Both the position numbers and the translations under genes were made by a program. A stretch of 57,581 nucleotides of DNA, the filler included, from Platydemus manokwari (Eukaryota): the NCBI GenBank assembly GCA_037951405.1. It is 4 parts of 4 records of this genome, joined end to end, with 100 filler letters (N's around TTAATTAATTAA, not from the genome) between each part and the next. Parts side by side here need not be neighbours in the genome. Positions count along the whole stretch, not along the records: positions 1 to 12,191 come from JBBMOY010263337.1; positions 12,292 to 28,685 come from JBBMOY011181433.1; 2 more parts are not named here. One strand, given 5' to 3'. The notes under the pieces are model-generated. The model did not search any database. It was not told the origin of the DNA and saw nothing but the letters and a program-made list of their open reading frames with translations. Positions 1-13,257 of the stretch are shown one piece after another (position 1 is the first letter of the stretch; the number at the start of each line of letters is the position of its first letter).

Positions 1-1145
1 ATAGCTTATGAATAGAGCTTCAAAATGACGTGTATGTTAATGATTTGCTACAGCACACACAAGTGTTTACATCTGGTGTCAAATTCCGGTTATTAAGTTA
101 TAGACCCAATAGTTTATGATAAACAACTTTATCTCATAATTTTCTTTTTTTTATCAAATAAATATTTACTTGTTGTCTTGTTTATAAGCTGTTGAAACAC
201 TTAAATAAATTTGATAATGATTTCGGACTTTGTTCTCAATTTTTAAACTATAATTGGGGCTTTTCATGTATTCAACATTTGTGTTTATTTATCTGATGTA
301 CTGCGACCAGGTTACTTTGAATTGATGTTCATCATTATTAGTGAAAATCAAAACGCTTTACATCATAACCTATTTCATTGAAGCTTTAAGCAGAGAAAAA
401 CCTCACAAATGGATTGCCTGTCAAGATAATCTAATGATAACGACGCATTAAGTGTTTGTTACCATAAATCATTATTCATTCCGATTTTGACAGCAAAACA
501 ATATATAACCAAATAAAAAGCCATTGAGAACAAATTTTGATTTTAATTTCTAAGTTTGTTTTATCAGAAAAAATTTACTTCAATTCTTTTAAGGGAAAAT
601 TGATGTATATAAATATTATCAGAATTGTTTGATGTTATTTTGGGATAAATTGATGTTTAAAACTGCTGTCAAATTTCATGATTTCCTGTTGGTAAATATT
701 CTGCTAAAAAAATAATTACAACAATAGAGAACTCGTCCCGTTTAAGAAATATTTGTTGTTACATTGCTTTCATCAATTTAAATTATTATTTTTTAAGCCA
801 ATAAAATACGTGATTTGGTCGCGTACGCAATCTTTCTTTTTTCTCATCAGTAACAGCTTTTTGAGTTACGATGGTTAACAAGCATGTTAGACTGAAAATA
901 TATTAGAACCACCAAAATTGCTCCTAAAAAGAGATATAGGTTCAAGGGAAAATCAACCAGTAATTCATTTTCCTTATGTAATTATCGAATTTGCTACAAT
1001 TAACATGACTGTCACGTATTTTATTCCATTATGTACGATCAACTTCAGAAAGGTTTAGAACCTATGGAAAAAATAGAATATATAGGACTCGGTAGAAGAC
1101 ATGGCGAAGATAAAATATCTAGAGAAAGTAGAAGATAGTTTATTA

Positions 1146-1606
1146 TACCTTGCGATTCATAAGTCTCCATCTCAAAAACTTAAATAAAACCACAGTAGAA
1201 GCAAAAATAAATGTATTGAGTTATTTTAATGCACAACAAAACACGACAACAGTAAGAACAGATAACGGTAAATCATAAGCAATTTCCAGTTTTTTCAAAC
1301 TTTTGTTTCAAGTATTGCACTGTTATCCTAGCTGGTGGTACACGATTGAAATGTTGTTGAAATTCTTGGCACCCTTTGGCACTACTCTGGTAAACTATTT
1401 CATGACTAACTGTAAACACTCTGTGTACAAGCAAAAATTTAACATCACCAGATGCTTCTGTCATATTGTAATAATGCAACTGATTCATAAGAAATAAGAA
1501 ATAAAGTATATTAATCAATGAATAATAATTAATATCAATGAATGTAAATTTGTGTTTTGTTGTTTTATTTTAGTTCTAGAGGCGGAGACTTATAAATCAC
1601 ACGGTA
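1146..1606 (-). mobile_element. Non-autonomous Tc1/mariner-type element (MITE) retaining a transposase N-terminal HTH (DUF4817-like) fragment
   Basis: ~45-bp imperfect TIRs (TACC-TG-GATT-ATAAGTCTCC...AAATAAAAC) ending in TA. Internal frame FQQHFNRVPPARITVQYLKQKFEKTGN. Confidence 0.75.
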
Positions 1607-1899
1607 TATTGGATATATGCTTGATGAGTTTTAAATATAATACATTACCATTTATTCAATGATTCTGGATTATCAAGGAAAGATTATTGAAACATCATTG
1701 GATTTTTGTCTTTATTATATCTGAAAACCTTATCCATCAAGGGTATAGGCTGTGAAGTATATTTTAAGTCAGATATAATGTTTCCATCAAATTCAAGAAC
1801 ATCACAATCTCAAAGTACGTACATAGAATTGCTTAGAACTATGCACACAAACATATATGCTAAAAGATTATGTGAAAACAAACCCAACACACGTCTTCA

Positions 1900-2700
1900 A
1901 AAATATTGATAACAAAGAAACGTATGTCATATTTAAAAAAAATAATCCGTGCACAGTATACATAAAAAGGATATCAAAATATGTTAAATGCTGATCCAAA
2001 CAATTTATTAATCAAGATAATGTAAAAATTCATTACAGATAGATAAATCACGAAAGAATGTAGAAGATCTAACGCAGGCTTGATATCCAAACCTTCTGTG
2101 GACGTACACTATAAAAGAGTGGATAGTAGCTCGAATTCACAAACAAGATCTACACGGTATCTCTCCTCAAATAACTGAGTCACTGATATGATAAAAATAA
2201 CTCACTTCATTAACTTAGAGCGAAGTTACGACAATGTCACAATAAGGAAAAAAACAATCTTCCTACGGCATTATTATGTTATACGGCATGAAAAAGGCTT
2301 CTCTATTTACACACAAACCAACTTTTACCAAAGACATAGCCATGGAAGAAAGAGACACTTTATTGTTACAAAACATCATAAATAGTGCATCTACACAAAT
2401 AAGATAACTAGACTTTTAGTTTTATTCATCCAAATGTCGTCACCTCGATAGCAGCAAAATAGGAAATAGGAGTGAGAGAAAAAGAAAATGTTATATAGAT
2501 ACGTAACAAAGAATTTCACAAAAGTGAATGACACCATAGTCGGTGCTCAAAGTGAGTTTCTCTATCAAACTTTATAACTTCATATGGTAAGTTGGCCAAA
2601 AGAAGGAATAACCGCTTATCGAAATAAATACAAGCAAAGAAAGAATCGCCAATGATGAATACATCATGGCTGTTGACTAATACGAGGTGCAAAAATTGTA
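1900..2700 (+). mobile_element. Highly degenerate Gypsy-like integrase remnant
   Basis: Scattered frameshifted motifs resembling CxxC, 'IRHGxP', 'KTRT..HPQ' and 'SP..L.YG'. Confidence 0.35.
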
Positions 2701-2923
2701 TAAAAATAAGAAAATGTCTTTCAAAAAAGAATGGTGAAGATGAAGAACAAAATCATCAAAATTCAGAATCTGTGATAAAGATTCTTCTTATAATTGACCC
2801 AATGACTCAAACATTATTGATATAGACTTATTGGAAATCTTTGAAATTGTGTTTTGCTTCGATTTTGAAGACTTATAAAATCTTTTTCTTCGTCTAAAAT
2901 TTTAAAAATTATTTGAAAAAATA

Positions 2924-2970
<47 letters not shown>
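2924..2970. repeat. (TA)n(TG)n compound microsatellite
   Basis: Directly visible. Confidence 0.95.
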
Positions 2971-2971
<1 letters not shown>

Positions 2972-2973
2972 AT

Positions 2974-3644
2974 CAGTGGGTTTCAACCTGAATTCCACCA
3001 GTACACTCCAAGGGTTCTGCAATTTTTAAATTTTTTAGTTAAAACAACGAACAAATAAACAACGTGTTACATTCAATTTCGAAAATCAATTTTATTATTA
3101 TTATTATTTCACTATTATTTTTTTATTATTTAATTATTTATTTATTTATTATTTAATTTTATTATTTAATTAAATACACTAAATTTAACATAATTAAACT
3201 AGCTACCTTTGAAAGATCAGTCTGTTACTATTAGGCTTGCTTTTATGTATTTTGGTTGCTGGTATAAAAACAATATCCTGCATTTACCCAGAAAGCGCTA
3301 CGACTTCTTGTGCAATTTTCAACCTCAGATTTGTGTGAATTTGAATGTTCAGCACTGACAACCATTAACCACAAAAAAGGAATACAATTGCTGTGTGTGT
3401 AAGATGAACATCGTGTGTGTCTGTCAAAAACACGACCGAATCTTAAAGATTTGTGCAAGAAACATCCGGCTCAAATTTCCCACTGAGTTTCCCACATTTT
3501 TGTTTTCATTTCATCAACAAACATGTACAATACTCTGAACAGAAATACTTTTATTTCATTTTAAAAAATAAATGCTGTTTTCTGCATAAAACAATTAAAT
3601 TATTTCACTGTGGTTCCTCGAGCCAGAGGAATGTTTCCGTGGGG
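2974..3644 (+). mobile_element. Non-autonomous hAT (Buster/Charlie-type) element with the transposase C-terminal dimerisation domain
   Basis: Left end CAGTGGGTTTCAACC. Frame 3244-3486 reads FWLLV*KQYPAFTQKALRLLVQFSTSDLCEFECSALTTI...DEHRVCLSKTRPNLKDLCKKHPAQISH*, the Buster/ZBED5-type C-terminus, with two internal stops. Confidence 0.85.
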
Positions 3645-3859
3645 TGTGTGTGTGTGTGTTTTCTTTTAGCGCCAAATCTGAAGTGCTTAATAACTCACAG
3701 TTTCCGAACTTATGCTTACAATTTATCACTATAATGTGACATTAAGTGTAGGGCTTAATAAGTAATTACTTAAACAATCGATATAAATAAATTTAGAAAA
3801 TCCGAGATCTAATTAAAGTTATAAAGGCAGTATTTAAATTTAAATTAATTAAAATAATC

Positions 3860-4040
3860 GTAAGACATAAGATCACCTCATGATTAAACTATTATCAATT
3901 CCACCCATAGGCTCGTTTCGTAGTCTTTCGGCCAACCAATATATTATGGGACCATGTCTCCACTAATTAATAATTCACTCAGGATTTGAACCCACGACTA
4001 CTTCACTTACATTCAACATCACTCAATACACAGTTGTGGC
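3860..4040 (-). mobile_element. Probable tRNA-derived SINE
   Basis: Minus-strand Pol III B-box gggttcaaatcctg (~3980-3993), degenerate A-box near 4020-4040, then a non-tRNA body; no cloverleaf. Confidence 0.5.
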
Positions 4041-6215
4041 TTTATGTTGTAATTGCTAAATGGCATCATAGCAGTAGTGCTTATTATTACTAAATTCCGT
4101 TTTGATAAAAAAAATAGACTTTCAAATTGCATTTATTTGTCTCGATTTAGTACCTTTAGATTAGTATAAACTTTAAAATATTAAACATTTTAAAATTATA
4201 ATTTTATTCAGTCAAATTTATCCAAAGTTAAAGCGTTTATGATTTATTATTAAATTTAATAAGTTATTTAAACAATAATTTATTTTTAATTAATTTAAAT
4301 TTAACCTTAAATGTTATTTAATTTAAATATTGTCATGCAAGTGTGCCCAATATGACGTGATTACGAGAAACAGTATTAAACTAGTCTAGAAGTTATTATA
4401 AAAATAAGATTATGCTTCGAAAATTATTAAGAATCAATAGATATGTTTTACTCCATTACATTATACATAACCCAATTTTTAAACATAACATCTAGCTACT
4501 TATGCCAGAAAAATATTGTTTGTTTATTTACAAATTATATTTCTAAACATAATGTAGATATTTCAGATTTGCAGATAGAGTTCAACATTGTTTTGTTCCA
4601 ATGGTAGGTATTTGCCAATTCGCAGTACTACCAATGATAACTTAAAATTCATAAGCTATAATTCAAAAATCTAAGACGATCTAATCTTGTCTTTACGGTA
4701 ATAAATATAAGCACTTTCATACCAGGAAATTTCTCATAAGCGACCAGGGGTATTCTCAAAAATTCAAATATTGTCTTAGATAATCCGGATCTCCAGGTTA
4801 AGGTAGTTATTAATCATATCTTTACGTTGAGATTTCTTTGAGTTTTTTCTATCCCGGTATGATTTTGCAAGTATGTATTTCTTAAGGTTTGACTTGATAA
4901 ATGTTTTGGTTTTCCTTGACTTTAATTCAATGGTTTGTGTTTAAATGATGTCTAGATTGTGGTTTTATTGTTATTGGTTTAATTAACTCCTCATTAAACA
5001 ATGTCCTTTAAACATCATCCCTAATTAAGAAGTACTCACAATCAAGAATTTTGGAATTATTTAACGATAGATCTCTTAGATTTTTATCCAACGGAACTTT
5101 ACTTTTTTTGTACCTCAATTTCATCCCATGGCGGTGATGATGGTTCTAAGTTATGAAAAGAACCTCAAAAATTCCGATGGAATCACAGAACAGAAATTCG
5201 TTTAATACTACAGTTATAGATTATAGAAAAATTAATTAATGGTTTTCTGTAAATCTACGAAAAAGGGGATTTTATTTTATTTTTTCACATTAAATCTATA
5301 ACTAAATATAAATTCTCATCTGTGAAAAAAAATTGTATTTATTTATATTATATTTCGATGATTGTCATTATCCCATTACATTCTATCTGTTCGATATGGA
5401 TGGCTGCTTCTACCATATCCCTCGGGGTCTGATTAGATGTAAAACTAGTAATAATGAAAATGATGAAATTATTTCGACAGTATCATGCAGAAAAATTGCT
5501 CATTAAGATTTTCATATAGATGGAAAAGAATGTACGAATCCTTTTTTTTTACAGATATTGTCAGAAAAATAATCTAAACACACATTATCATCTTAGATTA
5601 GTTTAAACCGTTGTCTTTTCATGTTACTGACATGTTTCTCCCAGTTTACTTGTACCTTAACCGGAGAAATCTATCATAGTTATTTGATATTTATACTTAC
5701 ATTTTGAATTTTTTAATTTAATTTCTCTCCCTTTTACCAGATTTGTGCTCCGTCACTGCTCTTTACCTCATGCTTAATCAAGAATAATGTGTTGGATTTT
5801 ATTTTTCGCTTACATATATTCTTTACTAAACTCTTCGAATCTATGTTAAATTCTGACCCATGATCTGTAACACATACTTGACAGTTTTTTTATGCATCTT
5901 GAGTATCAAATAAATCAATATGTAAAATAAATGGATTGATGAAGTGATAAATTTTTGCAAGTTTCCATAGAAGTGTTCTTTTGGTGGTGGCTTTCAATTC
6001 TAAACATGGCAGATTAATTATTTGGAGAATATATTTTAAAATCTTTTCCGTATCAAAAATAAGCTGCTCTTAGCTTGATTTTTCATTTTGTTCCTGCCAT
6101 ACATTTGCTCAGGTCTTTCTCGAATATTGATTTTCATGTAACATTAAATTTTAAAACATTTAAAACAATTTAAGATAAGAATATCAATACGTAAATATCA
6201 ACTTCATTTAAAAGC

Positions 6216-7236
6216 TTTTGGCTAGGATTCAAAAGAATTGAAGATTTAGATCTGTATTTCTCAACGAGGCAATAATCAGTGCGCTCCCAGCATGACTCTA
6301 AAATTAAACAAAAACTTTATAAGTACGTGTTATAAAACAATAACATGAAACTTGGCTATCAACTGACATTTTGGCATCGTAAAATCAGAATTTATACTCG
6401 GGATTTGAAACTTTTTGTATCACGTATTGATTTGGTCTTTCATTTCTCAAGTTCCAGTTGGGATTATTGATTTTGTGTACTTGGGATTAGTCAATTTCTA
6501 TGTGTGTTACTATAGTTGCGTTATCAAAGAACGATTTGAATCTGCAAATCTATATTGACAAAAATAATGCACTTAAAGTCTCAATAATAACAATGACAAA
6601 TTTTTATTCAATTCACAGTGAAAATGACTCAAGATGCGATCAGCACCCTAAAGTCAAAAACAGAATGAAAAGTAATCAAAAAGATTGATTACTAAAATCA
6701 CACATAAGCTAAGCATAAATTATCGACCAAAAAGACTGACAAGAACCTTTCGAATTCAACCTCTTTTATAGATCCATCGGGTGTGTCTGCTTGATGTCAC
6801 GGATCTTCGTTTTCCATTCGCTGAATTTGTTCGTAGATCAATTAAATTGAGATTTTCGTTATATCTCTCATGTCATTGGCGGATATTTGAGATTGCTGCT
6901 GTTCGCAAGCATGTGCCTGTCGATTCTTAACTTCTAAATATAGATTAACACTAGAACGAATCTGATTGGTTAATGGCACATGTGTTTGTCGGCTTTGGGT
7001 GTATTGACCCTTTTTAGAGATTTCCTTTGGTTGTTGGGACCCTTTTAATTGATTTATGATATACCCAACACTCTGCGGCTATGTCCATTTTTAGAATTAG
7101 AATTTTCCATTTAAGTTAGCTGTGATTGGTTGGTTGTTATACATGCAGGATTGTGTATGCATGGAAATGCTTTAAGTGCTAGAATAATAGTTCCAAAGTA
7201 CAAAATCGTTTTACTTTTAAGAGATTTCATCTCTAC
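6216..7236 (-). mobile_element. Solo LTR, family 1 copy A (split by a nested LTR)
   Basis: 6216-6513 plus 7071-7236 align colinearly with the copies at 9434, 33610, 40542 and 41694. Confidence 0.75.
6514..7070 (-). mobile_element. Nested solo LTR of a different family
   Basis: Ends (a)GTTGCG...CCCAACA; near-TSD ctat/ctct; minus-strand TATAAAA. Removing it restores the family-1 LTR. Confidence 0.65.
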
Positions 7237-9433
7237 TAAACACTATGTATTTTATTTTCCTCACCAATATGAAGAAAATTATTACAAAACCAAATATCTT
7301 CATTTTTATCACGTCATTTCAGTTTGTTTCCAATCATACATTTTATTGGCATATTATTTTCATGTGGCTTCAATTGTCACTACGTAAGACAATGTTCTTT
7401 TTTGAAAAGAAATTATTTCAAAAAATCTTTTATTATTATTATTGTTCATAAGTAGTATGAAGCTAAAGATGCGATATAACTATTATAGTGTGATAATTAC
7501 TATCTGCAGAAATTAAAATTTCAAGTCTCTACAAACGTAATATAAACCAGTACTAATACTCTGAGAAGATTGACGGGTCTGAAATTTGTGTTGGAAGACA
7601 AAGCTTTAACTACATTTATGTGCAGTTTTATAATCCTACATTAGTTCCTGGCTTAAAATTAAGAGCATCTTTTCCATCATGCATATAAAATATAATTTCA
7701 TATTAATAAAATATCAAAAAACAACTCATCTCATTGTACAGACCAAATTGCTATGTGGTAGATAAATTGAAATTCTCATCCAAGATATTAAAATTTAAGC
7801 AAATCGATCGCCTCTCATTCTCTGAGTGTATTCAAACATACAACTGGAGTTCTTCAAAACAAATTATTCAACAAACGATATAAGCATCAAAAGATGAAAC
7901 AATCAATAAATGATATTGAAAAATTTTCAATTGAACGAATTTTTGATGGCAAGAGAATTAATCATTGAGAAATTGGATAAGAAATCACACAAAAATAAAC
8001 GCACCCTGTAAAGATTGATGTCACAAAAAATAAAATCACGAAAATGTAAATATTTTTTGTTTGAATCAATCGATCGATAATTTGGAGAATAATCACAAAT
8101 GGAACGAATCGATTTATTAATTACAATTTTCCTTGAATATTCAATTTATCAAAGAAACGAAAATCTTTTTTCATCATTTTTTGATTGGCGAGGTGATTTA
8201 ATTGTTGAGATTCTTCAATAATAAATATTTGTTTTAGATTTTCTCAATTTTTTATTATAATCATCACTTTTTATCGATTTAGTAATCTACTTTAATTTTA
8301 ATATCAGAAGAACTTGGTTTAGATTAAAACTTTTTTGAGAAATTAAACTGAAAAAATACTGTTCGAATAAGTAATATCAATCTCGAAATATTTCAATGAG
8401 TCGGAACCAAATGTGTGAAGATTCTTCTTTTAAATTTTTTGATCAATTTAACTCAAGAATCATATAAGGTGTTGTGATGATTACTGGCTCGTAATGTAGA
8501 TCCTAAGACATCTCGCTGGATGCCTTAGATATTTTAGTTTAAATGAAATAAGGAACTAATCCCAAATCTTTGAAACTTATCTGTATTTTGGTAAGCGCAG
8601 TTTGATAAGAAATCTTATTTTGTTACAAGACACATTCTGCTTTTTAATATTTCCTATCTATTAGTAACTCTATAATTACTAACTTCCATTTAGATTCACT
8701 AATAGAATGTCATTGCCAAGAATAATATCTCTTGTTTTAATACTAAAGAGAGTTTTTTATAACTTCCTGTTTCATTTTTGAGAATCTTTCGTTACCACTA
8801 TAAAAATCTAAAAATTTTCTGCGAATGAAGATGTGCAAAAATATTTCCTTTAATAATTAAGCCTGTGGAGAAGTAACTTACCTTAGCTTTGTAAATAATT
8901 ATTTTACTAAACTTGTTTCAATTTTTTATAAAAATAAAGATAAATTACAGTAAATTAAGGTAACATTTAATGGTGTTTTAAAACGTACCTTTCTTTATGA
9001 ATTTTAAGATTCATAAATCATAGAACAATGAGCCAAACAACGATGATATTTCTGAATTTTTCTACTAGATTCATGACAACCAAAACCAACATGTCCATGT
9101 TCTATATCATTTTACAACAATATTTATATTTAATAGAAGAAGTGATTAATTTGAAGCTTACAGTTTACATGAGGTGTTGAAGAAAACAAAAATCGAAATG
9201 ACGTCAAACAAAGCCCACTTCGATATGTAGCTCAAAAAACTATAAATGTAATGAGTAATGGAAATAAAGCTTTTTAGATTGCGACGAAAAGACCATTTGT
9301 ACAAACTCCTGAATAAACTTCCAAGAAGATATGTTTTAAATGATCTCTGACAAAAACAGTGAACTGGAAGAACCAAAACTTTGATTACCATATTATTACC
9401 AATGGGAGCAACGACACACAAGGATAACCAAAT

Positions 9434-9844
9434 TATTGCTCACACCAAAAATCAAAAGTTGCAAGCTCGATCTCTATTACACATACTAATCAGTACGACT
9501 CTAAAACTCAATACACAATTTCAGAAACGCAACCAAAACTTGCCTTCCAACTGACAATTGACCATTTTTACATCGAAATTTATACCCGAGATCTGTGTGC
9601 AATTTTTGTGTCACATTTTGCTTTGATCTTAAATTCTGAAGTTTCTATTGGACTTGTTGATTATTGTATATTGGGGATTAGTTAATTCCAATAAGTGTTA
9701 CTGTGCGGCTTTCTCCCTTTTCTTAAATTATCGTTGTCTGATTAGTTGATTACCATGCCCGAATGGTTGTGTGGGCATGCAAATTCTTAAATTGCAAAAA
9801 CAAGGGTTCCAAATCCGTTTATCTTTTGCAAGATATTTGCGACA
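9434..9844 (-). mobile_element. Solo LTR, family 1 copy C
   Basis: Shared blocks ctaatcagtac, aatttatacccgag, gggattagttaatt and aagggttccaa. Confidence 0.7.
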
Positions 9845-10422
9845 ATATACTAGGATTTCAGAGTACTGTTTTTTGGAAATACTATATCGTGACAGAAACA
9901 TGAGGAAACATTATCTAAATGTATTTGATCTTTAAATCTTTCTTTAATCTTATGATTGAAAAGCCCGATTTAAATCTAACACAAAAGATAAACAAACTCT
10001 AGTAACTGGTCCCAACGAAATGTCTAATAAGATCAAGCGAATTTTTTTTACAACCCGTTACTTAACAGTTCATTATTGTTTCCTAAACATATACAATACA
10101 AGTTATGCATTATGAGCGCTTTAAAGAAATACTTTTTGATGTCTTTCTCTTTTTAGTCAAAATATTAAAACAACTTAAACAGGGAAAAGAATGAGATAAA
10201 ATCTAAAACAGCCAAAATGTCAAACAATTTCATTATATTCATGAAACAGCAATTCGGTGATATACAACAATTCCCCGGTCACTAAAGAAAAACAATGGCA
10301 GTTCTATCCAAGTAATATTTTAAAAAAATAAATGACTTTAAAAATTTCTTAAAATTTCATATAAATCCAGGAGAATACATGAATAGAAATATTGTGTGTA
10401 TGCATAAATTAAAAAAATTTAA

Positions 10423-10555
10423 NNNNNNNNNNNNNNNNNNNNNNNNNNNNNNNNNNNNNNNNNNNNNNNNNNNNNNNNNNNNNNNNNNNNNNNNNNNNNN
10501 NNNNNNNNNNNNNNNNNNNNNNNNNNNNNNNNNNNNNNNNNNNNNNNNNNNNNNN
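10423..10555. other. Assembly gap (N run)
   Basis: 133 N. Confidence 0.98.
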
Positions 10556-10701
10556 TTGAATAAATCGAAAAATTTAACCAATATAAGTAGGCTAAGCCGT
10601 CAATCCAGCCCTACGTAATGGGTTAATGATTGATAAATATCGACAAGGAATGATATCGAACAGTTTATCGAAGTCTGAAACTGATATTTTATGAATTCCA
10701 G

Positions 10702-11872
10702 GATTATAATTACTATACTGGACCCGATTACCTTATATCAATCTGTTTCAACGGATATTCCCAAAGCCATTCAATACAGGAGGTGATCAAAATCAAAATG
10801 AAATATACTGTGATCAAACAAAAACCGTCATTGCCATACGCAGAAGAATTCTTTATTTTGATAGATAGATTGATAGATAGATACATAGATTCAGAAATAT
10901 AAAATACCGAATAATTGCGATAATACAACAGTTAAGTGTGACATAGACTTTATTCATGAGATAAACAAGCAGATTTTACAATATTAGCGCAAAATTTTAA
11001 ATTTTCGATTTTCAGATAATTTTTCAAAGTCAAAGTTTTGAGAAGATATTTGAAGATTCCATTCTATAATTGGTTTTCGTCGATGATTAATGGTCTTGAT
11101 TGTTTTTTCAGTTTCTTTTTATTTTTCCTTTGACTTGAAGTTTTGTTTAATTGGAATAGACTTTATTCATGAGATAAACAAGCAGATTTTACAATATTAG
11201 CGCAGACATGGAAGAGTTTAAAAGATAAATTAACAAAACAAAAAGAAATTATAAGCGGTGTAAATAATAATAAGCGAATTTTAGATAGGCGATAGAGTAT
11301 TTGTAAAGACAGAAGAACTCAACAAAGACCACATTAATTTCGAACGCAGACTCAATGACTGCTCAAAACAATGTTTAATTTTTAAAGATTCGATTGAATT
11401 GATCATATAAACCGATGAGAATGAATTTAAAATGAAATAAGATGAAAAATGAGTCTGTAATGACCTCTTGGATCAATGATATCCACAACATGATTAACAT
11501 TACATAATTAAATTGAAGCCTTTTTATTGGCTAGAATAATATTTGAAGAAAACCTTCAATGAAAATCATCGATGCATTACAAATATAGATAAATCGCATA
11601 TGACACACGGATAGATATTATATTCCAATGTCTCGCTTCGATGGCGTTCATTACATAATTAATTTTTGGTCTCATGTATCAGTTTGAAAAATTATCAAAA
11701 TTATTTAGTTGGTTATGGACAATATATATTTGTGCTATCGATATTATTATCGACATTATTTAGGCGATCCATTGAGACATCAATACAGCCAGATGACGGC
11801 AGAACCATTAAACTCAATCCACATTTGAGAAAACAATCCCAAATAAAACCAATATCCACCCATATGCAATGA
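10702..11872 (+). CDS. Candidate last two exons (10702-10782, 11764-11872) of an unidentified convergent gene
   Basis: Acceptor ttccag, donor AG|gtgatc and acceptor atttag join in phase 2 to give IIITILDPITLYQSVSTDIPKAIQYRRRSIETSIQPDDGRTIKLNPHLRKQ...MQ*. No domain recognised. Confidence 0.33.
10945..11204. mobile_element. 260-bp mini-insertion with perfect 47-bp terminal direct repeats and a 5-bp TSD (TRIM-like?)
   Basis: agactttattcatgagataaacaagcagattttacaatattagcgca at 10945-10991 and 11158-11204; gacat at 10940-10944 and 11205-11209. Confidence 0.55.
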
Positions 11873-12119
11873 AATGAAATTAATCATTCCATCACGAACT
11901 TGCATGATGGTTGCCATTTATAATTATTCATTATAAATTTACGCTTTGATCATGTTTATTTGGCTTGACTGTTGAAATATCACCACTGACCAAGAGGATT
12001 TCCTTTGCAACATTCATTCATACTTTGATAATGATTTTCATTCAAGTCATTTAGTTTATTTGATTTGAAACGAGGAACTAAACCGATCGACAAAGATCAC
12101 AAAATATTAACCTATTAAA

Positions 12120-12122
<3 letters not shown>

Positions 12123-12191
<69 letters not shown>

Positions 12192-12306
12192 NNNNNNNNN
12201 NNNNNNNNNNNNNNNNNNNNNNNNNNNNNNNNNNNTTAATTAATTAANNNNNNNNNNNNNNNNNNNNNNNNNNNNNNNNNNNNNNNNNNNNTTAATAAAG
12301 ACAGAA

Positions 12307-12339
<33 letters not shown>

Positions 12340-12369
12340 TATATTTATAATAATAATAATAACTACATT

Positions 12370-12421
<52 letters not shown>

Positions 12422-12422
12422 T
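12123..12422. repeat. (ATT)n and (AAT)n microsatellites flanking the contig join
   Basis: Directly visible on both sides of the linker. Confidence 0.95.
12192..12291. other. Artificial contig linker 44N-TTAATTAATTAA-44N
   Basis: Same 100-bp pattern occurs three times; the 12-mer has stops in all six frames. Confidence 0.95.
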
Positions 12423-13257
12423 AATTAATATTGTACTTCATTAAAGTTTTTGCAATATTTGCTTCATTGTTGTTATCATTATGTAAGAACTTTTATAATA
12501 AAAGCATTCCCGCGAAACATGACCATTAAGTTTCTTTTTACACACTAGCTTTGATACACACACACACATCTGCAGCATATATGCATACTGATAAGACATA
12601 CAACGATAGCAGCAACGACAGCGAATAAGATCTAAAAATACAACATGACGAAATAAATTCTAATTTGTTCTTTTTTCTTATATGTTGGTTGCTAATCTTT
12701 GGTGAACTTGTCCGTTTATTTTTAAAATTGGTTTTTCCATTGTGAAATTAAAATGGACTCACGTGCTATGTTATAATTATTTATTCGATCATGTGATTTA
12801 TAAAATTGTGTCTGTGTATGACAGCTGTTTATTTGTCGATTTGATAATTGATGTTTATATGCGGTTGTTTGAAAAATATAATGTGTTGTATATGTATATA
12901 ATTATGTATGAATTTCTCTATTTCTGTATGCATATGTCCGTGCGGCGCGCAGTAAATGTCATCAAATGCCATTAATGTTTTCCATTCCACAATGAACCAA
13001 TGGGAAATATTTATCGATGTCAATCGATTCAATTCTTTGTGGAACTCACAGAAAATTTATCAAATCATGAATAACAACAACATAAAACTTTAAACATTTC
13101 TTTATTCGTAATTGTTGACAGAAAGTGATAAATAAAACAATCCATTATAGCAGTCACTATATAGAGTCTGTTATCATTTTATCACTTGATTTTAATATAT
13201 CGTCTAATCACAGATTAATTTATGGTTTTCATCTGATGGTATGGCGATGGTTGGGCT

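Larger units (their letters stand above)
4600..8900 (-). mobile_element. Degenerate Gypsy pol remnant (RT ~8300-8900, integrase ~4700-6110) interrupted by solo LTRs
   Basis: Minus-strand motifs NPFILHIDLF, VCVTDHGSEF, GRNKM and PGD, plus RT-like VV.K.D and TA..T segments; many stops and frameshifts. Confidence 0.55.

Noticed and set aside
800-856. CTGATGA...GAAA hammerhead-like core on the minus strand
   Set aside because: There is no stem II and no correctly placed UH cleavage site.
3975-4040. tRNA gene
   Set aside because: It has a B-box but no cloverleaf, so it is treated as a SINE head.
10357-10618. ORFs spanning Ns
   Set aside because: Artefacts of the gap; the same applies to 43183..43383.
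10943-11204. CRISPR-like repeat-spacer-repeat
   Set aside because: Only two repeats, a ~165-bp spacer, eukaryotic context and no cas genes.
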